The notes beneath the pieces are model-generated. The model worked only from the letters and a program-made list of their open reading frames with translations, did no database searches and was not told where the DNA came from. Below are positions 1-11,009 of a stretch of 64,000 nt of DNA, piece after piece. The stretch covers positions 124,001 to 188,000 of the forward strand of contig DF236975.1 of the NCBI GenBank assembly GCA_000708835.1, read 5' to 3'. The first letter of the stretch is position 1; each line of letters opens with the position of its first letter. The DNA comes from Klebsormidium nitens (Eukaryota; Plantae; Klebsormidiophyceae). Made by a program: the position numbers and the translations under genes.

Positions 1-68
1 TGGGTATAAGCGTTTTGCTCAACTGGCCTCATTCTAAGATCCTCATTCGGAGTAGCAGGTTCATCATG

Positions 69-550
69 AACCTGAGCACCGACATGGCACTCCGCATTCC
101 GCGTGTGGGTGGTTGAGGATTTCTAGAGATCTCGTGTTAGAGATTACGAGGTGTCCAATGCTGTTATGGTTACATGATTTCACGTCAGCTGAGCTTCTCT
201 CGTAAGTAAGAAATTCTCAAACGAACTTGAGCGCCGACTTGGCGCTTCATATCGCGCTCGGGGCAGGCGATAGGCGGGGTTTTAGTGTTTCCCAATTCAA
301 AGGTTTTCACTGAAATTGCCTCGGGTTCCACTGAAATTGCCTCGTGTAACGAAGTCTTTTACGCGTGAACCTGAGCACAGACCCGGCACTCCGTGTCAAG
401 GTGGGCGGTGATTCGGGCTTCGAAAGCTTCGGATCGAAGGGGACTTTGCTTGTCTAACCCAACAGTTGCCGGTGATTTGATTTGAGTTTAGGTCCTGGTA
501 AACCAAACAAATTCATGTGAGTCTGAACAGAGACATGCGCTCCATACCGG
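69..550. repeat. Degenerate ~150-bp periodic repeat (3-4 copies of GAACCTGAGCACxGACxxGGCACTCC)
   Basis: Related motifs start at about 69, 223, 367 and (weaker) 519, spaced 144-154 bp. There is also a local tandem duplication CACTGAAATTGCCTCG x2 at about 308-345. Confidence 0.4.
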
Positions 551-2362
551 ACACGCGGCGAGCATTGTCAAAGGTTTAGGGCCTCGTCTCCAACGGTCGT
601 CCACCTGCTTATTGTAGCTATGCAAACTCAAGTGTTGAAATGGTCATACCTAATTACTAACAAGAAGCACAGAGAGGGATCAAATTCGCAGTATGTACGC
701 AAAGTACTCCACTTCACGGTCGGTCAGCCCCAAGTGAAACCGTGTTCTTCTGCCGTGCAGTACTTACGCAGAATGGCTCAGCCTTTCGACTCCCTGAGTG
801 TGGATACCGGGACACTTCTCAACGAGGCCGCCCTCCAACGGCCGCAGCCGATGGAGGTTGGATGACCGTCGGTTTTTTTGCGTTTAGTAAAAGTTAGGAG
901 GTTAGGAGAGTATGGTTAGGAGGTTAACTGAGTAAAAGAGCGGAAGGAAGGGGGGAGCCTCGAGGTCAGTTCTTGCAAGCTGCGTTCCGCTGGTCGGAAA
1001 GAGGTGATTTAGGAAGGTGAAACGAGCACCGTAGTGGTTCAGTCAGCATAGAGGTACATCAGAGCGTCAAAACGAGATCATGACCGACAATTGTGCGGAC
1101 ATTGGAGGTTTGAACAGAGGCATCAAAGATGCGACCAACGGGGTGCAAGTTTGACCGACTCGAGGGTCCGGTCTGTCTTGGTGTGCCATTGATTCATGTC
1201 TTCGTAGCGCTTACCGGACGCAGATTGCAGCCGGTATCTAGCATTCTCAGGCACGCGCAAGACCGCAGCCAAAGGAAAAGAATTTTCCCACCCGAACGCT
1301 GGTCTCGCTAGCATACGTCTCAGTGCATCAGACCATAAAAGGCGGTGGCAAGGAGCTACGTTTGGACTAAAGTAGCACACGAAGATTCGGTGGTAGCTAG
1401 GTGCTCATATCTCAAAACATTGATTTCCATGTATGTATGCCCCCTGTATGCCACGGAAGCCTATGGCCCGTGTGGCTACGGCGTTTTGAAAAAAGAACAT
1501 CATGTGCGTGATAGTCTGGAGAGGCCTGCGGGCATGTACGGAAATCCTACAGAGTCTGTCACTTCTTTCGCTTTGCAGGCTTAGCTGTTGCACGTCTGTC
1601 ATCTGTGTGCAGCAAGCGCAATCATGCAAGGCTTTGACAATGAGACTTGCGGTTGTGTGCAAACTTCGGTTGAATGTGCCGAAGCTAGACCCACTCGCGG
1701 CCGCCCGGGCGCCGCGGGCCCGCCGCTCGTCACCGGTTCCGACGAACGCGGGCGGCTGCGCCCCTGCACGATGAAACATTCTGGACATTCAAGCTGATTC
1801 GACTGCCAGATTACTCAATACCCCGGGCTTGGCATCCGCCTAGCCGGTACATACCGAAGCTGCGGCGGTAGCAATCGCAGGGCCGTTCATTGCTGTTGTT
1901 GAGTCCCTGAGGTACGTACTGGGACCTGTCTACCTGGCGACATTTCGGGGAGCCGGGGGGCCGGGCCGTGCTCAGTTGCATAATGTAACACAACACCTGG
2001 CCCCCCAAAGCGTTTCTCCTGAGCTGTTGTGTTGGTCAGCTTGTCTTCACCGGCCACTCAACCACCCGTGATGTCGCGAGAAAGGGCCCCCGGCTTGGAT
2101 TTTGTCTTCTTCTGAGCCCCCCTCAATATCATCGTAGATCACTCCGAGTCCGAAGCATTGTGCTGGTATAAATCTAATGCCATTGCTTTCTCCACAGCCA
2201 ACTGGGCAGCCAATTGGCATGTTTTGCAGGTTTTCAGAACTCCAGATGCTCGAGGCAGGCGTTTTCAAAGCAGCAGCATTGTGTGCATCTGTGTAGGGCA
2301 CCTTGCGATGGTTCTCTAGCGGTCAACTTTCCAGCTTTGTCTTTCAGGGGACGTCGGGCAGC

Positions 2363-5300
2363 ATGAGGAGCAAGGAGGATGACGAGCGGAATGTGTTTGA
2401 CTCTCAGGGCAAATTGGACCGCGACAGGCCGTCACCGAGAGGTTCTCTCAGCGATGCCTGGAAAAGTCGCGCCAAGGTGGCAGAGGGAATGCTGGGAAGC
2501 AGTGGTTTCAAAAAAGTGAACTCGGTAGCCCTGTGCTACCTTTTTGTGCTGCTGCTCATTGTCGGGCTGTCCTTTCAGCATCATATGTCACAGAGCTTGA
2601 AGCTCAGCAGGCTCGCACGGTCAAGGTAAGCACACCGCTATGGTTCTCAGGGGAGAAGTTTTTGTTACGTCCTTTACTTGTGTATATCCCTCATTATGTG
2701 ATATTGAAGGTCATGGCTCCTTCCTCACTGTGGTGACGCACTTTTGTGGAACTACCGGCAATGTGAACATTGATGACTGTTGAGAGGTCCATTGCATTCT
2801 GTACTTGCAGCTCCTTTGCCGAGCTTGTGATCTTGCAATCTCTGGGCCCGTTGCAGAATATCATGGACACCAGTGAAGCCAGTTCAGAGGTCCCATTCTG
2901 TAGCCCCTTCCAAGATTGTGGCATTACGTTTAGTTTCCTATCACACCAGGCGAATGTTTAGGATTGCCTCAATCAAGTGGTTGGAAACCTGGTTGATCAC
3001 CACTTCTTTCTTCGCCTGCAGCAAGCAATGGGAGAGCTTGTACTCACAGTCATTGGAGGAGATAATAGATTGGAAGAGAAAACTGGAGCAAGAGAAGAAG
3101 CTGGCAGCAGAGGTGATGCGCAGCACGTCTCAGTGCTTGAACTCTTGGGTGGTCGCAGTCCTAGTCGTATTGACACTCCCATCATTTTAAAGTGCTCGAC
3201 TGCTGCCCAGTGTTAGAATCGTTGGCCCGACAACCTGCCAACTCAGACGCATCAAAAGATATAACTTATGAGAAGAGTTGCAATGCCTCTGGAAATGTTC
3301 TGCAGTGGGTCAGTTGTACACAGGCATGCCCAATGCTGTGCAACCAGCCAAATGGTGGCACCTCTATACTCATATCACTTTCGGATGGGTGGTGGTTCAA
3401 GTGGTTTTACTGGGTTTACTGGTTTTACTGGTTTTCAATCCCTACACAATCAGATTATCCGCGAGCACTGATGGCTTGACCATCTCATATTGACACCGAT
3501 GTTGCCATCGCAGTTTGCCAAGAACGCCGACCTACTGGAAGGCACTCTCAAGCGGGTTAGGGAGGAGAAGAGTCGTCAAGAAGAGGTATTATGTATGAAC
3601 AACCTTATGTCTCCTTGACAATCCTTCTACATCGACCAAGAAAAAAGAACATTTTGCCTTGTCACCAGTCTACATGAGCATTCTTTTCTGATGCTGTTGC
3701 ACCACCGGTTGCAATGTGCAGGAAGACCGCATACTCCTGCCCCGCGGTAATCCCCTAGGCTGCCAAAAGCATCCCAAATCATGTCCCCTATGTTGCACAC
3801 TCCAATGCAAAGTGCAAGTTGAAAGCAAGTATGTCGGTGTTGGGCCGTCTCGCTCACAAGAATGTGCAATCATGCAGTGTCTCTGGATTGCAGGAAGCAG
3901 TGAAGCTGCAAGTGGACGTTGCCAGCAAGGACAAACTCAGGGAGCAACTTGAGCGCAAGCTCCAGTAAGTGCATCGCACAAATTCGAATCTCTCTTAGGC
4001 AGGCGATGATGATGGGTGTTCTGCGTTGGTCCAGACTTTGATTTTCCATTGCAAAGAGTATTTGCAGGCTACTGTTTGAACTTGAACGTTGTTGATGTTG
4101 CTGCAAAGGATGGCTTTTGGCGGAATGAAATCCTTTCCGAGAACTGGAGAGGGGTTGACAGTGTGCAAGAACTCTCAAAGAGGCCAAAGTGGTACTATTT
4201 TTTGGGAAGACTAGCCTGTACGAGTATTCACCAATTTTTGCAACTCCTGTTACTCCAATAAAATGAGCGGACTACTACCTGTCAGCAAGAGGCTTTTCAT
4301 TCTAACATACTTCTGGGATCGAAGGAAGATTGCCACACAAAAGCTTGACAAAAGAGCAGAATCCTAGAACCAAAGAAAATCTTAGACTAAAGTCCCTTCA
4401 TGGGACGTTCTGGAACCAAAGGAAGTTACCAAACGTGTTCACCCCCTATCTGCAGGGAGTCAGAGGACTTGTCGCAGACACGGCTCCAGGAGGTCCAGCA
4501 AGAGGTGCAGGTCAAGAAACTAGAGTCGGAGGCAATGCACCGCGAGCTGGAGGAGATGAAGCAGGCCGTCAAATACCATAAGGACACCATCGCAAGGCTG
4601 GTAAGCTTGCTTCCGTCTTAGCTTTGCTTGTCAATAGGTCCATTCAAACGAAACTGCGCACAGGTAGGCGAAGCAGGCTGTGATGATCCACCGCATTGCG
4701 GTTCAGCACCTTTGGAGCTCTTTAAAGATGTTGAGAAGACCCTTTTCTACTCATGCTGCCTTTTGCCTCCGTATTCCCTGATCTTCATGAAGAGAGCGGA
4801 AAAGGTGCGGACCATGTCATTCTGTATGCGCCACGACAACCTACTTTGCATCTCAAAACGCGCAAGGTGATCGGGGCCAGATGGAGGCATGTGGTTTCCG
4901 AAGCTTTCCAAAAGAAGTCGATCGACGTCGTTTCTTCGCACGGAACGCACTCTTACTCTTTTTTCGGGTCGAAAGATTCTCGAGTGTCGCTCACCTAAAA
5001 GCTGTCACTTTTTTTGTTTCATCGCCGGATTAAAGCTACAAAATGTGCTCGTACTAAGTCAAACAGTAGCAGAGATCTCTCCGTCGGATTCGAGTCTGTT
5101 CGTTGAGGTTTGAATGTTTCCCTCTCGTTTGCGGGTGCAGAACGCCGATAAGGAAGTGCTTGCAACGGGCCAGGTGAAAGCAGTGGCGGCTGCTGACGCG
5201 GCAAAGAATAAGACCGCAGCAATGGAGGTCGCCGTTCGGGAACTGCGGGACGAGCTTAAGAATGCAACCAGGCACAGCATCTATCTCGAGGAGCACGTAA

Positions 5301-7009
5301 GCTCTTTTTCTTTCTTTTACTTTACTTTTCGTTCTTTCCCGATCCAGGCGTTCCGTCTCAAGTCCTTGCTTGTCATTCTCACACACGCACTGCAGCTCTG
5401 CTTCAGACTCCTTTACGATACCCCATTTCATCAGCGAGTTTGATTAACTTTTTACAAAAGCACAAGCAGAAGCCAAGAAAGGACTGCAAAGCACGTGACG
5501 TCGTGAGAACCAAACACTCACAGCGGCTTCTTAGAACGCAATCCTGCGTATCCCCCATGCGAATGACAACCTTTGAGCATATGTGAGGTTGTAAAGCCTG
5601 TCTCCCTTCTCAAGCTGGATTCGAGCATTACTCAGCACAATGCGCCTAAGCGACATTAGTGATAACCGAGCGGATCTTCAAATCAATCGGTTCCACAGCT
5701 ATTTGCGTCAAACTTGCCACTTCATTCCAATCTTCGAGTTGTGGTCTGCAATCTCGAGCCGTCAGATGCCGTTTTGTTGTCGATCGAACGGTTCAAGAAC
5801 AGGATTAATGCTCCGAGGATTTGAAACTCATGGCAAACATGACCCAAACAGCTGCGATATGTTCAGCAGATTACGTCCCACGTCCAGTATAAAGCTGGCG
5901 AGCCTAGTAGTTTCTGGTCAACGCGGAACCTTCTGTCACCTTTTCCAGGTGACGTCGTTAACCGAGAAGAATAAAGTCCTGGAGACAGAGGCGCGCTCCA
6001 AGCTGGACTCGACCGCGAAGCGGATGCAAGACGAAGTCGACGCCGCGAACGCGAGAGTGGACGCGGCGCAGCAGGAGAAGCGCGCGCTGGAGGAGCGCGT
6101 CGCGCAGCTCGAGAGCAAGCTGGAGTGAGCAAAATTGTCTTGCAATCGCTTCCAACTCAAGGAAGAATGGCTCATTTCCCAGCGGCAACTGCTGACGTCA
6201 GCGTAAGATTCGGGAATGTTGCGTTGAAGCGCGTGGGCTTGAGAGGGTAATGTCTAGTTTGAAGGTCGCAAGGTGGACTTCCTTGACCGATTGCAAAGCT
6301 GGTGTCGCTACCCTCTATCAGTGGCGACGTCTTTTGAGGCATTAGTACTGCAAACGAAAGTACGAGACAGCAACTAAGCCGAACCGGCGCCCTGTCGTTC
6401 CGCTTCCATAAAGCAAACATCGACGCGTATGATTTGGGTCTGACTCGCACGCCTGAAGTCTGACCCTGGTAGTTAAGCATCTGATCATTTACATGACCAC
6501 ACTCGACTTTCCGTCCCTCCAGGCAGTCCCAGGCGCGCGTGACGGAACTAGAGGAGGCTGCAGACGCCGCCGAAAAGTCGCGGACGTCTGAGCGGGAGCG
6601 GCTGGAGTCCGAGATCCGTGACAAGGAGCAGCGGCTCCAGGAAACGGAAGCGGCGAAACGGAACGAGGAGGCGGAACGGGAGCGGAATGAGGAGGCGGAG
6701 CGGAAGCGGAGCGAGGAGGCAAAACGGAAACGGGAAGAAAAGGAAGAAGCAAAGAAGCGGCGGGAAGCGCAAGAGAAAGCAGATGCGGAGGATAGGGCGG
6801 CTGCAGAGGCCTCGGAGAAAGAGGAGGCTCAGAAACGGAACGCGGAAGAGAAGGCAGAAGCGGACGCGGCGATAGCGCGCAAGCAGGAGGCTGCGCGGAG
6901 AGCGGAAGCGGAACGGAAAGCGGCAGCGGAACAAGAGGCGGAGGATCAGCCAAACCCGGAGAAGCAAAAGGAGATGGTGCTGGAGGAGATTCGAAAGGTG
7001 AAGGCTTGA
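2363..7009 (+). CDS. Type II (signal-anchor) membrane protein with long coiled coil and charged EK/EA-rich tail, ~486 aa; golgin/GOLM-like architecture
   Basis: Phase-consistent exons 2363-2625, 3022-3112, 3514-3585, 3894-3964, 4456-4600, 5141-5296, 5949-6124, 6523-7009, all GT-AG. One hydrophobic segment (VALCYLFVLLLIVGLSF) is followed by heptad-rich sequence. Confidence 0.8.
3403..3435 (+). repeat. 9-bp minisatellite (GGTTTTACT) x3.7 in an intron
   Basis: Read directly: ggttttact gggtttact ggttttact ggtttt. Confidence 0.9.
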
Positions 7010-8334
7010 TATTGCGACTTGCTTGCAAACGGCTCCGATTGTAAGAAATTGCAAATACTAGATTGGCCGCATACCAACTGAAGTCTTTTCTGCCGAACGC
7101 AAGCTAAGAAGAGTCTTCGAACTTCGGACACAGCTGGAGCGCTTGACTTACTCTCCATGGCCCTTTGTCTTGCAAAAAAGGTTTTCCTTGTTTCCACCCA
7201 CTATTGCTGTCAGATGCGAAGAGTATGATGAGAACTGTTTCAATCAAAGGACTTTTTGCTCGCTGCAGAAACGGTTACTCGGTGTTGCGTCCCCTAAATC
7301 TCCTTGAAATGACCCAGCATTGATTTGACAAAAAGTGCGGAGGAGTTTAGGAACTGAGTCTTAGTGTTCACCGATCGGACTCGTGGCTCTTCGGTTTCGG
7401 ACCCATTGGTAGAGCGAGCTTTTATTAGTCTGTGAGGAGGTCACGACCTAATGCAGAAGAAGAATACCTGAGGAAGGGAGTTTACAGGAGTTAAGCTGCT
7501 TCTTTGCACACCTGAACGTCAATCCAACCGAAAAATTGGAGATCAGCTCTGCCATGCCGCAAAAGCTGGCGCATTCGAGGAGTGAGTTTCGCACCTCTTG
7601 CTCGTGCATGGCGCGTTTGAGAAGTGTTGACTAGAGTTAAGAAGACAGGTCCCTCCGTCCCTTGGTTCGCAGAGATCCTTTCTGAAAAGCTCCTCCGCTC
7701 GCAGGACTCTGAAACAGACGAGGGCGCAAGTGATGAGGGCGCTAACGAGGCTTTGTAGATTCAAATCTACACCGCTCTTGTCCCTCTTAGCACACCAAGA
7801 TATTCCGGACAAAGCATTAACTTATAGAGTCTTTACTTGAGGGTTACAAAGTCACTGTCAGTAGGTGCGTCACGTTTTTGAGCGAACAAAAGACTTTGAG
7901 CCATCTGAGACGCAGCTGCGGCTGCGGCTCACTTGGCGACGCTAATCTGGACGGTGTCTTTCCATATGATGCTCGAAGGGCGAAACGATAGTGTGTACAT
8001 CCCGTGTAGGACTAAACTCAAATTTTACGGACCATATTAAATGGGGGCCTTTGTGCTTGTCTTCTTTTATGCACCGGCCGGTCGTCACCATTGCACGACA
8101 AACTAATATCGGCTTCGGCAGCTGCATGTATTGTCACTAGCAGATGCAGTTGGGTGCCGTCACTTTCAGGGTGTACGCTGTGGCCGGTAGCATGATTAGG
8201 CCAAATCTCAAAACTCAGTGATACCGCAAAATCCTTTCTCGGGTCCGTTCTGCTCAGCAGACTTAGCATTGTGTATCTATGCAAGATGACGCGTGCAACT
8301 GATCGCCTAGGCGTGTCATGGCAGCCTCCCTTTT

Positions 8335-10476
8335 TTGTCGCGACAGCAGTTTGCAAGCAGCCCCCAATGGTTTGACGAAGATTGTAGGACTGCTCGGAGA
8401 AAGCTTCTGGACGTGTTGAAGTGTGAGGGCCCTTCTCACCTCAGTAGTCAGTTAAAGAAAGAGGTTCGGAGCATAGTGAGAAGAAAGAAGCGAGAGTTCA
8501 ATAAGTATCGCGCAGCAAAACTTGAAGACCAGATGCTGAACAGCCCAAGTAGATTTTGGAAGCAGTATCGCAAGCGCAGAAGGGGTCTCGGTAGTGATCA
8601 TGAGGCAGGTCTAGTCAGCCATTGCAAAGCTCTTTACGAGCAGTCTGGGGTGGATTGGGAGCCGCCTGGGGGAGCAACGAGGGGGCTTGAGTCCGGGGGT
8701 TTGCAAAGGAACGAGAGGGGGGCCAATTCGCGTCTTGAGGCGCAGCTTTCGGAGGCGGAGGTGAGGGCAGCTCTAAGAAGCTTGAAGAACGGGAAAAGTG
8801 CGGATCTTCAGGGTTTTACGGCAGAGCTGTTGAAAGCAGGGGAGGACGAGCTGGTCGGGGGGCTTGTTGGCGTCTTCAATAAGGTTTTTGAGGAGGGTGT
8901 CTTTCCAGCAAGTTGGAACGAGGGGGTCTTAGTTGCGATCTTCAAAAAGGGGTATCCCTCGGACTATGGCAACTACAGAACAGTAACAGTAGGCCCCGTT
9001 CTGGGCAAGCTGTATGCCATGGTCCTGAACCGGAGGATAACGGAGTGGGCAGAAAAGGGGTCGGTGCGGGCACAGGGGCAGGCAGGTTTCCGGCAGGGGT
9101 TCAGGGGGACGGATCACATGCTCGCGCTTCGGGTCCTGACGGAAAGGTGTGGGAGGGGCAGGAATCGGCATCTGTTTGCTTGTTTTGTAGACTTCAAGAA
9201 GGCCTTCGATGTGGTGCCTCGCCAAAAACTTTGGGCCCGCTTAAGTGAAATAGGGTTGGGAGGGAAGGTCCTCCGGAGTGTGCAGAGCATGTACGCTGGC
9301 GTGCGGTGCCGGGTGAGAGGTGAAGGGTGGATCTCGAAGGAGACTTTTGAGAGTAATCGGGGCGTGAAGCAAGGGTGCCCTCTAAGTCCCCTCTTGTTTG
9401 GGTTGTCCACAGACGGCTTAGAGGAGCTGATGCGTAGCAGCGCAGGGGACCCAACGCTAAAGGGGGTCGCAGTTCCTCTTCTCTCTTTTGCGGATGACGT
9501 GGTTCTTCTCTCAACTTGCGCGGAGGGTTTGCAGAAAAAGCTTGCGCTTCTTGAGAGATTTAGTGAGCAGAGCGGTCTCTCGGTCAACCTCCAGAAGACG
9601 CAGGTCATTGTCTTTGGAGGCCAACTCGGGGTTCAAAGGGTGAGGAACGAGTTTCTCTATGCGGGAGAGCGAGTTGAGATCGTCTCCAGCTACCGGGGTA
9701 TGGCCCAACGTGGGGTCGGAGACCAAGCAGAGAGAGTGCACCGGGTGTTCTTGCGGGGTTTGCTTCGAGTGAGAAAGTCGGCCCTTTCAAAGGCGGTTTT
9801 AGGCGAGTTCGGCCGTTTTCCACTGGTGATCAAACGATGGGAGCAGATCTTCAAGTTCGCTAAACGGGTTGAAAGCCTTCCATGTAATCGACTAGCGAAG
9901 CTGGCGTTTGAGGAGTCGAGGGAGATGTGGGCGGCCGGTAGCGGGGGCTGGTTCGCAGCGATAATGGAAAAAGCTCAAGAACTGGTGTCGGAAGGCCAGC
10001 TAGCGGGAGCTTATGACGTTGAACTCCTTCGCGAGCGTTCAGAACTTGCGTACATGCAGGATTTGAGAGAAGATTATGGCCGAAAATTCTGCACATACTT
10101 TGAGTGTGTTAAGCAAGGGTACACGTTTGAGCCCTACTTAGATGATCTAGCACATTCCCCGATTCTGTTTGCACTTGCACGTTTTAGGGTCGGCGCTCAT
10201 ACTCTAGCTATAGAAATTGGTTCGTGGCAAAGGATAGAGCGTAGTCAGAGGAGGTGCTTGGTATGCAATTCGGACAGTGTTGAAGACGAAGTCCACTTCG
10301 TCTTTGACTGTCCAGCATATGACGACTTAAGAGCAGCGTTTCAATTTTTGTTTGGAGACATAGGGCAGGATTTAAAAGCATTTTTGAACTTGCAGGACAA
10401 ATATCATGTAGGCCAGTTTCTTTACCTTAGCAACCAAAGGAGGGCTAGTATATTGCAAGGGTTGAGCAATAGATAG
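8335..10476 (+). pseudogene. LINE ORF2 remnant (RT plus zinc knuckle), lacking the endonuclease and apparently the KYLG thumb region
   Basis: The open frame starts in the post-endonuclease linker (QWFDEDCRTARRK). After VEIVSSY it jumps to AERVHRVFLRGLL without the expected KYLG segment. Confidence 0.8.
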
Positions 10477-10540
10477 ATTCGTCGACTAAGCCGATCGCGG
10501 CTCCGAACCGACGTTAATAAAACAATAATAATATAATAAA
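8335..10540 (+). mobile_element. 5'-truncated non-LTR retrotransposon (RTE/RTEX-like LINE) with 3' stem-loop and TAA-rich tail
   Basis: The 713-codon frame has RT motifs FVDFKKAFD, GVKQGCPLSPLLF and SFADD, and a C-terminal CCHC knuckle (CLVC...EDEVHFVFDC). No endonuclease domain lies upstream. Hairpin AGCCG-ATCG-CGGCT at 10489-10502 and AT-rich tail at 10514-10540. The exact clade is an inference. Confidence 0.92.
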
Positions 10541-10953
10541 TTCTCGATCGTCGGAGAAGTTTAGTACCATCAATGATTTGAAGCTTGAGCTGGCGGCCAT
10601 CCACACTGTCAGATTGCCTGCGCTTGGCATGCTCCATCTTGATTTTAATGATTGAGCATGCGTGTGGTAAAACTACAAATACAAATTTACGAAACCCCAT
10701 GGGCGGCGCCGCGCTTGCGTATATTGCATGATGACAGTGACAACCTTGCAAGTGCAAGGCGAATTTATGCCGCCAACAAGATCGAGGCCCACTAGGCGGC
10801 CGCCTGCTGTAGCTCACGTACTACTCGAAGCCTGTGCTTGAAGTTTACATCACGCACAACATGCATGGACCGTCTCGCGTCTGGGCCCTATTTTAGAATT
10901 CTGACGTTTAGTCAGCAAGCTACTCAGTGCAGTCAAACCTTGGTCAATTTGCG

Positions 10954-11009
10954 TTTTAGGGTTTTAGGGTTTTAGGGCCCTAAAACCCTAAAACCCTAAA
11001 ACCCTAAAA
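10954..11009. repeat. Interstitial head-to-head telomeric palindrome (TTTTAGGG)3(CCCTAAAA)4
   Basis: Read directly: three perfect TTTTAGGG units at 10954-10977, then four perfect CCCTAAAA units at 10978-11009. Confidence 0.97.

Noticed and set aside
6489-7054. Long Pro/Leu-rich minus-strand ORFs
   Set aside because: Antisense shadows of the purine-rich last exon of the coiled-coil gene.
7395-7455. tRNA/SINE-like fragment (TGGTAGAGCG)
   Set aside because: No acceptor stem or T-arm GTTCRA motif, and no cloverleaf could be built.
10780-10815. Helitron-like 3' hairpin (AGGCGGCCGCCT) near CTAG
   Set aside because: Spacing and flanking bases do not fit a Helitron end, and no matching 5' end was found.
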